Shown here in pieces: positions 10,570 through 21,930 of a stretch of 64,000 nucleotides of DNA. The notes below the pieces were generated by a model. The model saw only the letters and a program-made list of their open reading frames with translations, was not told the origin of the DNA and did not search any database. Source of the stretch: Vicugna vicugna (taxonomy: Eukaryota); the NCBI GenBank assembly GCA_013265495.1, contig MU063499.1:1736001-1800000 (forward strand), written 5' to 3'. Position 1 is the stretch's first letter. The number at the start of each line of letters is the position of its first letter. A program made the position numbers and the translations under genes.

Positions 10570-11093
10570 TCAGAGCTGGAAGGGGTACTGTCGGAGGTAG
10601 TCAGCCATGCGCCGGGGCAGTGGGAGGCAGTCCACGTCAGCCACCAGACGGTTGATGACGAGGCGGCACAGGTGCTGCAGGCTTCGGGCACTGCTTCTGC
10701 GCACAAAGGGCTGCACCAGTTTTAGGTGCACAGCAGTAGCAGGCAGTGCTGGGTCACCAGGCACATCTTCCTTAGGGGTAGACAGAGCCGGGGTAGGTGC
10801 AGGGTCAGGACTGTCGCTTCGGGTATCTGCAGCACAGGAGGCCACATAGTGCTGGACAAGGCTGACCACATCTGGGAAGGCCAGGATGCGCGGCCTGGAC
10901 AGGCAGTTGGAGTCCAGGCGGAAGCTGGAGTCTGCATACTCGATGCGCACGTTGGTGGGGCCGCGGGTGGTTTTGACAGACAGTGTGAACAGGTAGCTGG
11001 GGTGGGTGCTGTCGCGTACTAGGAATGTGCCCTCTGGCATCCTCTGCAGGTGTTGCCGGGCCTCGCTGGCCGTAATGGAACCCCAATACCAGC
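10570..11093 (-). CDS. CISH: CISH coding exon 3 (524 nt): SH2 domain, PEST-like linker, SOCS box, stop
   Basis: Acceptor ctag|GC. Encodes (G)[28 protein letters not shown]...[13 protein letters not shown]...[18 protein letters not shown], with FLVRDS, BC-box and Cul5-box motifs of CIS/SOCS proteins. Confidence 0.99.
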
Positions 11094-11328
11094 CTAGGCA
11101 AGTGTAGAGGGGGCAAGAAAATGGTCACAGTGGAAATTAGCTGGGGGCACCAACCCAGGGCAGGGCAAGGCTCAGCTTCTCCCTTCATATGTCCCTAGGG
11201 AGGGCTGTACCTCCCCCATCAGACTCTTCTGGGCAGGGCCATGTTTCTCAAATTAGACTCAAAAGGCAGAACTAAACTTCTCCCATCAGACTTTCCAGGA
11301 CAAGGCCTGTCTTCCTCCTCAGACTCAC

Positions 11329-11549
11329 CAGATTCTCGAAGGTAGGAAAAGGTCTTGGCTATGCACAGCAGATCCTCCTCAGGGTCCAGAACCTTGGGCT
11401 CACTCTCTGACTTGGCTTGGGTCTCGTCGGCTGCCTCCTCCAGGAAGGCGCCAGCAGGCAAAGGCTGCATAGCTGGTTCGGGCAGCTCCAGGGACTGGGC
11501 CCACAGAGGCCGCTGCCCGATCTGCTCCACAGCCAGCAAAGGACAAGGT
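11329..11549 (-). CDS. CISH: CISH coding exon 2 (221 nt)
   Basis: ttctag|A CCT TGT ... GAA TCT G|gtgagt. Encodes [73 protein letters not shown]. Phases fit exons 1 and 3. Confidence 0.98.
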
Positions 11550-11816
11550 CTAGAAGAAGGTAGATGGGCAGTGAGTGGAGGCCCTGTGTTCTCCCTGTTT
11601 CCAGGGATCCCCTATGCCCCAAACTGGCACATGACCTCCGGCCAGTCTGTCTCACTATGAATCCCAGTTTCTCCTCTGCCCACCCATGGGCTCAGTGAGA
11701 CCAGTACCCCACTTCCCACTTGTCATCACTAAAGGCACCTTGATTACTTTCCCCACATATGAGCCCTCTTTTGAAAGAGACTTCTCCGCCCTCCCACATT
11801 TATTAAACAGTAATTA

Positions 11817-11976
11817 CAATCGTCCCTCAGTATTCATGGGGACTGATTCCAGGAGCTGCTGTGGATACCAAAATCTGCTGATGCTCAAGTCCCTTATATG
11901 AATGGCATGGTACACTGAACACATGGGGCCCTCTGTATCCATGGGTTTCACATCTGCCACTATGGAGGGCCAACTG
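11817..11976. mobile_element. TcMar-Tigger-type MITE (MER2-like), 160 bp, in CISH intron 1
   Basis: TA on both flanks (11815-16, 11977-78). Imperfect TIRs CAATCGTCCCTCAGTA / revcomp CAGTTGGCCCTCCATA. Internal GATACCAAAATCTGCTGATGCTCAAGTCCCTTATAT resembles MER2. Confidence 0.8.
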
Positions 11977-13452
11977 TAATCTCTGTATTTTGGACCAACC
12001 AAATACACAGATCATTCCCTATATGCCTTTTTAGCTCACAGTGGCCAGTTGGTGTCTCCACCACACTGATAGGATTCAATGCAAAGAGGCCTTACAATGG
12101 TGCTCTCCTGGCAGTGGTGGGCTGATTAAATGGCACTAGTCCTGGTTGAGCCAAGGGATGGGCCTGTGTGGGGTCCTCCAAGAGGCCCCAAGATTATGGT
12201 AGGATGTCTGAGGTCACATGTGACCTCTCCAATGATAAGAGTATCTGTTGGAGGGACCTAGGTCCACACTAACCAGGGCTTAGAGGCCAGAATAGTCTCC
12301 CCAAACAGATCAGACTCCCATCCTTTTCTCTGTTCCTCCAGCTGAGGGTCTGGGGTAGACAGTAGCCTCTAAAGGTGCTGGCAAGTCCCACCTCCCATAA
12401 ACACAAGCTGCCACTGAAGGGCAGGGTGCTCGTTCCACCTTCTGGATCGCACCCTGACAAGCCTTCCCTACCAGGCACTAGATCGTATACAAACCTTGCT
12501 CTTCCCTAGACCTCAGCTTCTCTACCCGTGCCCCACCCCTCTCCATGAGGGTTCCTAGCAGCCCAGACACTGAGGGGTTTGGCCGCATTATATTCTCAGA
12601 TGGCTAGAGTTGGGTTGTTGAGCTGGCTGCAACTGGAGCAGTAGCTTCCCTTTAGGGGAAACCCACCCAGCATGGTGATCCTGGGGCTTCCTGGGAGTGA
12701 GGGGCATGGTCCTGGTTCCCAAGGAAGACTGCTTGTCCTCTCCTCGTCACAAAATCCTTAGGCCTAAGTTCTGGGTCTGGTCCCTTGCTGGATCTCAGGA
12801 CACCAAGGTAATGAAACCCTGGGCCCTGCCCTAAAGGAGAACTAACAATCCAAAGTCATAAAAGCAAAGAATGTCATGGGGAAGTCAGGGTCTGCCTGCT
12901 CCTGTGCTGAGTTTGCTAGGCCAAAGGGAGGAGTAGTGGGGAAGAGACTGCAGGCAGAAATGACGGCATGGGTAAACACTGCCAGGTATTGCCTATGAGG
13001 CAGGAAGAGGTGGGCAGGAGCCGACAGCAGGAGCCAGACACAGGAACCAGATCTGGCAGTGTAGGTTATAGGTGACTCTTAGAAAATGTGAACAAATCAG
13101 GGCCCCATGATCACTTTGAGGAGAAGGGGCCCCAAGACCCTGGCACACCACAGCCTGCTAATACTTCTCCACCCCGACTCCCACTGCACTACAGAGCCCT
13201 GGAATCCATTTTGGGGAGCTGGAGGCTGAGTTCCGAGGAACTGACTGGTGGCCTGCCTGCTGGGATCCAGGGCTCAGCTCAGGCCCAGGAGACTTCTCGA
13301 AGTAGGGTAGGCTGCTAGTTGGTCACGCCAGATGGAGCCCCCGGAGTTTAGCAGGGCACATGTGAATGTGGGTACCTCTAGGGCCAACATGGTGTCTGGG
13401 TGTGTGAATGGCTGTATTGGTCACCACAAGCTCCTGGTGAGTGAGTGTATAT

Positions 13453-13519
13453 CTGGGAGGGGTGTGTCCACAGCTGTGTCATCATCATGGTGGGGGCGGT
13501 GGCTGGTGTGTTCCAGGTG
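13453..13519 (-). pseudogene. CISH: Decayed homologue of the human CISH alternative first coding exon
   Basis: Translates HLEHTSHRPHHDDDTAVDTPLP, near-identical to the recalled long human isoform N-terminus MYLEHTSHCPHHDDDTAMDTPLPR. No in-frame ATG (TAG at 13549-13547 upstream) and CCAG is followed by AT, not GT. Confidence 0.7.
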
Positions 13520-14869
13520 TGGGTGGCCTGTACGTGTGTGTGCCTGCTATGGAGCTCAGCCTGTGAGTTCTGCCTGGGGACCAAGCCAATGAGGGCAAAC
13601 AGCCCTGAGGGGGGATCCTTCAGCAAAGCCGACAACCCAGACCTACAGTTGAGAATCCCTGCTCCCTTCCTCCGGAGGGCACCAGCTGGTCTGTGGCTGT
13701 GTGTGTATGTGTAGGTCTTAAAAATCTCACTCCCTGACACCCAGCATCTGAGGTTCCAAGGGCATCTTCAGCTGGAGCAAAGTGAAAGAGAGGGTGGGAC
13801 CCCAGAACTGGGGGGTTCCTGAAAACAAAGGCAGTGGGGGTGTGGGAAGGTGTTCTAGAATCCCAAAATTCAGAGAGGAGGAAGGGAGATACTGGAGACA
13901 ATTAAGGAGAAATACTGAATTATGTCCAGTCTTCCTATCACCTCCAGGACTCCTCCCTGGAAACAGGACTGCTCAGAACAAGGGGTACTTGAGCCTCGCT
14001 CCACCTTCCACCCTTCCTCATTTGGTACCATGCCAGTTTTGATAACAGCAGCCACTGGGCCACCGAGCTTTCCCTGTCTGTGGAGCACCCACTCACATCT
14101 TTCTCTCTCCCTGGAGCTTTCTGAGCTCCTGTCAGATCAGTCTGGAGAGCATCAGACCCCTTGGTTGAAGGGGTCCCTGAGGCTCTGGGCAGAAAGAACG
14201 TGCTAAGAATGCTTAGCTGAGGCCAAGAGGTCTTATCAGTGCCCACCCCCGCAAGTCTTTGGGAAACTTGGAGAAAGCGGGGCAGAAGCCAAGTTCCTTC
14301 TCACACTGGGATCCCAGACTGGGCTGAGAGGAGGGGTGAAGCTATTGTGGGGGTGCCCCAGACAGGACGGGGCTAAACCTAGGCTCTCCCAAGAGCTGCT
14401 TGTTTAGCAGGTGCCACCCTGAGGAGAGTCAAGGATCTCAGGCTGGCTTCTCCAGAAGAGCCTAATTGCTAGCAGGAGAGTGGATGACAAGACAGAGAGG
14501 GGCAGGGGCTGGCCCAAGGTCACCAGTATGCCAGCAGGCCAGAGTAGAGCTTTCTGGGCCCAGAAGGGGGTCTGGGCAGGTGAGCCAAGTCTTGAAGTCC
14601 GCGCTGCCTGAGGCGTCTACCTGCTCCGGCCTGAACCCCAGCTTAGCCTACCCTGTGTTTCTCCCGTCGCCAGTCGACCCTCAGTTTCCCTACCCACGGT
14701 GCGAGTAGAGGTGGTGACGATGTTGTCACCCCTCCCTATTGTCACTTCCGAGGTCTTTCCGGCACTTTCTGACCCGTCAGGCTCTCTTAATACTCGGCAC
14801 CTAGCACGAGGCCAGTACCCTGCCTTGTGCCAGCTCGGAGGCTGGGCGGGGGCGAAGAACAGCGCTTAC

Positions 14870-14889
14870 CCCTGAACGCAGAGGACCAT
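14870..14889 (-). CDS. CISH: CISH coding exon 1 (20 nt, MVLCVQG)
   Basis: gggacATGGTCCTCTGCGTTCAGGG|gtaagc. Total CDS 20+221+524=765 nt = 254 aa + stop. Confidence 0.97.
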
Positions 14890-15108
14890 GTCCCGGCAGC
14901 GGCAGCGGCAGCTCCGGAGCTGGGGCTCGGCCAGACGGCGGTGGCTGGAGAGAGCGGGTCGCGCTCGCAGGTCTGGGTCCCGGGGCGCAAGGGCGGCGGG
15001 CAGGGACTGAGAGGTGGCGGTGCGGGCGGGCCAGAAGGGAGACGGGGGCAGGCCGGGAGGGCGGGGCGGGGCGAGCAGCCTAATCTTTTGTCCTCTGTGT
15101 TCCAGCCC

Positions 15109-15251
15109 TTCCCGGAAGCGATGTCTTCCTAGAACCGCCGGCTGTGCGGCCCGGCGGGGAGAGGTGCGGGCAGAGGCGTCGGCTCCCTAGTCTTGGGCCG
15201 AGGGCCGCTAAAGGAAACACCTTTGACAGATTTCCAAGAACTTTCCAGGAA
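15109..15251. promoter_or_regulatory. CISH: Four STAT5 GAS elements in two tandem pairs (CISH proximal promoter)
   Basis: TTCCCGGAA 15109-15117 with TTCCTAGAA 15126-15134 (8-nt gap); TTCCAAGAA 15232-15240 with TTCCAGGAA 15243-15251 (2-nt gap). Matches the established CIS promoter architecture. Confidence 0.93.
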
Positions 15252-16839
15252 AATGGGGCGGGACCCCGCTCACCGACCAATCGAACTGCAGGAGGAGGAG
15301 CAGAGTGGTTGAGGAGGACCAATTACAGCGCTTGGACCCGAGGCTGACGTGACTATGTGGGGTTGAGCCTGACCTAGAGACCACTAGGGAATGACCGAGT
15401 AGAAGGCCAGGGAGGGGCCGGTGTTCTACAGACCCAAGTCCAGATTTTCTTCGGGCATTCCCCTTCCTTGGGGACAGGACCTCTTATCTCTGAAGAAGTG
15501 GTGACAGCAGGAGAGCGGGGTCACGGGCTCGTCTCCTTCAAGGCGGTTTGGTGTGCAGGCGCCCCCTGTGGGCTGCACCTGGACTCTGTGTGTGGGTCGC
15601 ATGGGATATGGTTTGAAGAGGGACATTGGGAGATGGAAAAGGTGTGGAAGGAGTACTCAGAACCGAGCAGGTCCACGGGGGTCAATCCTGACATCACCAC
15701 AGCCAAAAGGATCCAGGCAAGAACGTTTTCTCTGAGACCTGGGGGAGAAGTCACCATAGCAACATTTGCACCAAGCAGGGCCATTCAGTCTCGACCCTAA
15801 GCTGGCCTCTGGCAGGCCCTCCAGTCAGGGAAGAAATGACTACTGACTTCGGGAGGCAGGCAAGGATAGTGAGCCCCCAGCTCCGCCCACTGGACAGTCT
15901 ACATGTGTCTCTAGATTGGTGGGCCTCCTAAAAATGTGGGAGACCTGGAGCTCCAAACACCCAGAAACTGTAGGATGATAAGGTAGAGAGAAGGAGCAGT
16001 GACACCCCCTCCCATCTACATGGAGCACTTGCTACACTTTATCCTTAACAGCTGGTATTGCCCCCATTATGCAGACAAGACTGAGCCCCGGGGAACAAAA
16101 GTCAGAAGCCCATGCTCCTACCCGCAATCCTCTCCACCTTTTCTCAGTTCACTGGACTCCCCAGGAAGCATCTTGAAAGACTATAAGGACTACGTACACC
16201 TTCTCCAAGCCCTTAGGCCAGAAAGAGAGGGAGAGAATTGGGGAAGCGACAGGGTCTGCTCCCCACTCCCCACTGTCCAATGTGTATCCTCATGTTCCCA
16301 GGGAAGAAGGTAAGATTCAGATCTCCTGCCAGGGATGACAGACTGCTGGCAGTGTCCAGAGGCCTGGATGGTAGTGTCCAGGCTTTCCCCAGGGCAGACA
16401 GGGCTGAGCTTGCCCTGCCTGGGAGGAGATGAAAAACAGAGGGATCCAAAAGCAAAGCCCTGTGAAACAGGACAAAATGACAAAATAATTGGTTCAAATG
16501 AGAAGTGACTTCAGGGGATCCACTTCTCCATAAATTTCCTAAAGAGAAGTTGAGCTTCAGTGTAGCCCCACCAAAATAGGCTAGAAGCTCCTTTAATGGG
16601 ATGCTGATGGGCGTGGAACCCTCATTACTCACTTTGACGGCGGAGGCACCTGGAGATCCCAGCCTGGGGCTCCTGTGTAAGATGCTATCTCTTCAGTAGG
16701 AACTGCCTACTGCCCTGCATTACTGTGAAGGCAAAGGGCCTTTGCAGTTGCCAAGCAACAGAGCTGGGATTTGAACCTAGTTCTTTGTGGGGACCAATCC
16801 CAAGCTCTCTACCCTAAGGCTGTACCGCTTCCTTCTCAC

Positions 16840-16990
16840 TCTACTTTACTGAACACTTACTATGTGCCAGGTGTGCTCAGCAATTTCCAGCCCATTTTAT
16901 TTTCTTACTACTACATATTGCCCCCTCTTAATAGGTGATGAAACTGAGGGAGAGAGAGGTTACAATATATCCTAGATCACTCAGGCCCCG
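16840..16990 (-). mobile_element. MIR SINE fragment
   Basis: ACTGAACACTTACTATGTGCCAGG...GGTGATGAAACTGAGG. Confidence 0.7.
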
Positions 16991-17859
16991 TCCTTCCCCA
17001 CACTTCCTCTTCTTGTGACATGCCAGCTTCTAGGCATCCTTCGGGATCCAACTTTCAGGTCCTCAGTGAAGCCTCCCTGTCTCCTGGCCAGTCAATGGCC
17101 AAGCACCAAGGATGTCCCCTTGAAAGCCCCCTACAGAAGTCAGTTATTATGCAGTACTTTGTGTAAACTAAAGGGCCCCAAGGGTTTTGCCCTCCAACCG
17201 TCCTTTGTGAATTTGACAGTATAATGCACCTTTCAGGCATGCTAGGGACAGTGATATGCCTCTGTTTTGCCCCAGGTGCCTGCTTGCCCTAGGTGTTGTG
17301 AGTCCCTGGAACCATCTAATTATCACCTCTCGCCCTGATTGCTGGGCCAACACTGACACCCAGTGGCAATTCCTCTCCTAGTTTCTTGTGTCAAATCGCC
17401 TTAGATTCTCCCTTGCAGAAAAACCCCTGCCTTGCACCCCAGGAACTGGCCTTGCTGCAGAATCTCTCTGCCCCTCCACACTCAGAACAGTCAGAAGATG
17501 GGACACGAAAATACACAGGATTTCCTTCCTCAAGGTCTGGCTCATTTGTCTCTATACTCTCATATGTGCAGCCTCTCTTCTCAAAGAACAGTTTGTGTGT
17601 GTTGGGGGAGGGAAGGTTCAGCTGCCCCCCTCCCATGCTGTTCAGGCTCTTACTGGACCCCTTGGTCATTGTAAGCTACTCCAAAGGCCTCAGCCCCCAT
17701 CCCCATAGATGTGCAGCTATCATGGAGGGCTGTGTGGCAGAATCTGCCACCATGAACCCACCCCTGCCCTGGCCCAGCCATCTCAAATACTAAATCCTCC
17801 CATCAGTGGGCAGGTGGCAGATACTTACTGGAACATGAGCAGTGAGGGGAAACCATGCA

Positions 17860-18065
17860 TTCTGACTCACCTGGGTTAATCGGTCAGTTGCAAAACAGAT
17901 GTCCATGATGAAGCCATGTGGGGAACGTATGTAAGCATTGGTACCGGTATGGACACCGCAAGGGGACAGACATCACCATTGAGTACTTTTTACCTTTCTA
18001 TATGTTTTTTATTTATTATATAACAAGCAAGTTTTACTTATGCAATTAAAATTTTTAATAAAAAG
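17860..18065 (+). mobile_element. Old L1 3'-end fragment
   Basis: TTTTTACCTTTCTATATG...TTTTACTTATGCAATTAAAATTTTTAATAAAAAG resembles old L1M 3' termini. Confidence 0.45.
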
Positions 18066-18429
18066 AGACCAGTTTGAAAACTACAAGTATAAAAATTTTA
18101 GAACAATTGTAATCTAACTCTATTTTTAGAAAATAAGATATCTCAGAGACCATGGCATGCAGAGAAGTCCTTGTCTGTGACAAGGAGCCTGCCTCCACCC
18201 TCAACTCCCTAGCCTGCTGCTTATGAGTTGAGACCTGCTTGTCCAGAATGAAACATTGCTCAGCTTTGGGTTCATCTGGCTCAAACCAGCCACCCCCATA
18301 GAAGAAGGAGGATCCTTTTCTAGTCTCCAAGCAATGAAAACATCTGGATCACAGGCTTTCTTCAAGGCTCTGGGATCTTGGATCAGATTCTTAGGTGAGG
18401 CTCAAGGACAGAAGTCCTGGTCCAGCTAG

Positions 18430-18545
18430 GCATGAATGTGTGTGTGTTGTGTGCATGCCTGTGTATCTCTATGTGCATGTGTGCACATATGTAAATGTGT
18501 GATTGTGCATATGTGAACACGTGTGAGAATATGTACATATGGATG
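18430..18545 (+). repeat. Degenerate TG/TATG low-complexity repeat
   Basis: TGTGTGTGTG...TATGTGCATGTGTGCACATATGT... read directly. Confidence 0.85.
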
Positions 18546-19873
18546 TGGGAGGGGGCAGAGGGGCACAGGAGAGGAGGGCATAATTTGAGGGTGAGAGCTG
18601 GGCCCTGGAGTTGTTCTTTGGAGGTTGGGATGGCGGCTCTGCCATGACAGCTACTGACCTCAGGCAGGTTTCTTGACCTCTCAAGACTTGTCTGTCTTAT
18701 GTGTCTGTGTTGCAGGCTGTGTGGGACTGGTACTGCCCTCTTCTCCAGTCCCAGTGAGGTCATGGGGTGCCAGATAGAGGACTTCCCCAGTGTCTGGTCC
18801 AAAAGAATGGTTCAGTACACCTAGTTGAGGTTATCTTCAGGGCCTCTGCTTTTCTGAACCCTACTAGCTTGAAGGTCTCCTTAAGGAGACAGGGCAGACC
18901 CTCAACACACCCTCATCCAGCTCAATCACTGTACAGAGAGGGTGCCCTTTCTCCTGGAGCTGCTACACTGAAGAGCTTGGATAAGACATCAGTGTGCATC
19001 CACCTGTGTGTGTATGTGTGTTGGGGGTGCATAGGACAGAGAGCTTGCGGGGCCCCAATCCCAGAGCCAGAAGATACCTTTGAATACTTAAGTATATACA
19101 TAGATAACCCATGGTTGGGAGAGGTCGCGTTCCTGCAGTCCCGTTAATGGTCGGTAGATGGCAGCAGAGGACCGTGCAGGGATCCTGCCCCACCTCGCAC
19201 CTTCCCAGTCCCAAGCCCGACATCTCGTTTGGGATTGGGGGCGGGGTGTGAGAAGGATGTACGGGAGTAGTGCAGATTTGTCCAAGGAGACAGCCACACA
19301 CCCCGCGGCTCTAGACAAGTTGTTTCCTCTCAGGGGTCCTCAGTTTTCTCATCTGTGAAATAAGAGTTAACAGCCTGTGATAGGAAAACCAGTTTATTTA
19401 TGTAAGGTAATCTAAGATGGGCTCAGAGTAGAGGCCTAAATGTGGAAGGGAAAACCATTTAGCTAATAAAGAATATCTGCCACTGGAGTGGAAGGAGGGG
19501 GCTTTTTAAACACACTAAAAGCTCAAACCATAAGGTGAAAAGTTGATGGATCTGACCAAATGGGAATTTAGAATTTTGGTCCAAGGACGCTGTATTCCCA
19601 ACAGAATATGAGCAAGAGATGCACAGAAAGGGAGAGATGCCAGTGCTAGAGAGACGCCCAGAGCCACCAGGAACCAGAGAGACGAGAATCACAAAATTCC
19701 ATTTCACTTGGCACGTTGGCAAAAATTTAGACTTTAGGTACTCTGGCGATCGGTCACTATTAAGGAAGTCAGAAGACTTACAAGTTACTTTGGAGGGTTT
19801 CCTAGCAGCGTGCAGAGAAAACAACCGACTCAAGAGGCTACCTGAATCTCCAACAGAAACAAGACGTCTGTGC

Positions 19874-19883
19874 TTTCACTTCC
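19874..19883 (-). promoter_or_regulatory. ETS-IRF composite element (EICE) GGAAGTGAAA
   Basis: TTTCACTTCC on plus matches GGAAnnGAAA, at the upstream edge of the MAPKAPK3 CpG island. Confidence 0.5.
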
Positions 19884-19897
19884 CTAGTGGTTGGTAA

Positions 19898-20989
<1,092 letters not shown>

Positions 20990-21699
20990 TAGAGACGGGG
21001 AAACTGAGGCTTAGCCTAGCTAAGCCCATGGTGTCCCAGGGAGCAGGGGGTGGAGTCAGTATGAGTAGAGCCTGCTGCACCCGGAAGTAGGGAAAGAGTG
21101 GCTCCTGATTCTGGGTTTCTGGCTGGGCTTATGTTTTTGGGCCCAAGGAGGACCTTCACTCAGCTTGGCTGTTCCTTCCATGAAAAGCTCTTCTGACTGA
21201 AATGGGTTTGAGTTTCTTTCTGCCTGTGACGGAGTCCCCATGAAAGCTTGAGGTGGGGCTACATTCTCCTGTGGCCCCTGCCTGCCTGGCTGCAGTGGTG
21301 GGAGCCTCTTAGGGCTGGCTGGTGGGCAAGGCTGATGCCCATCACACCTGTGGGCAGGAAGGTGCTGATGGGCTCTAGCTGAGTCACCAGACCCGTGTTG
21401 AAAGGGGCCGGCCCTGTTTCAAGTCTGACCCACCCTGTTTCCTGGACAGAGGGCGGGCCAGCCATCTAGCCACGTCATGCCACTGTAGGCCTGGCTAAGA
21501 CCTCACTGATACAGGTGGAATCCAGGCAGTCCTGGGGGTGGCTGATCTAGCCACATAGTTCTGGGCCCAGGACCCTGCCCCATACCCAGAATCCCTTGAA
21601 TCTGTCATCACTGGAAACTTTACTTAATTGCAGTTTGTGCCAGTGGCCACTTGGGTGGGTAGAGCATGGCAAGGAGAGTGGCTCCTGGAGGTTAGACTA

Positions 21700-21930
21700 C
21701 AGCAAGGATCTTCTTATTTTATAGTCATTGCAATCATGAGCCTGAGCACAGAGTCCTGCAGATGTAGCTCTAATCTTTGACCTGTATTTGCCAGCTCCAT
21801 GACCTTGGACTAGCTCTTTGGACTCTTGAAACCAGGTTTCTGCCTCTCTGCAAGGGTTGATAAGATAAGGAGTTGATGTGAGCTTGGGATGAAATGATGC
21901 ATGTAGAGTAATTGGTAAAGAGACTGGAGC
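21700..21930 (+). mobile_element. MIR SINE (diverged)
   Basis: CCATGACCTTGGAC...GATGTGAG...GATGAAATGATGCATGTAGAG follows the MIR layout. Confidence 0.55.

Larger units (their letters stand above)
14560..15360. promoter_or_regulatory. CISH: CpG island / CISH promoter and first exon
   Basis: Dense CpG, GC boxes (GGGGCGGGG about 15063-15071), CCAAT boxes at about 15276 and 15319, no TATA. Confidence 0.9.

Noticed and set aside
11219-11539. CISH exon 2 ORF reading into intron 2 (…[13 protein letters not shown]…)
   Set aside because: Simple read-through of the donor. It would only matter if intron 2 (235 nt) is retained, and there is no evidence for that in the sequence.
18120-18129. Perfect MEF2 site CTATTTTTAG between the promoters
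   Set aside because: Lies in AT-rich sequence beside an L1 tail, where such matches are frequent; no supporting cluster.
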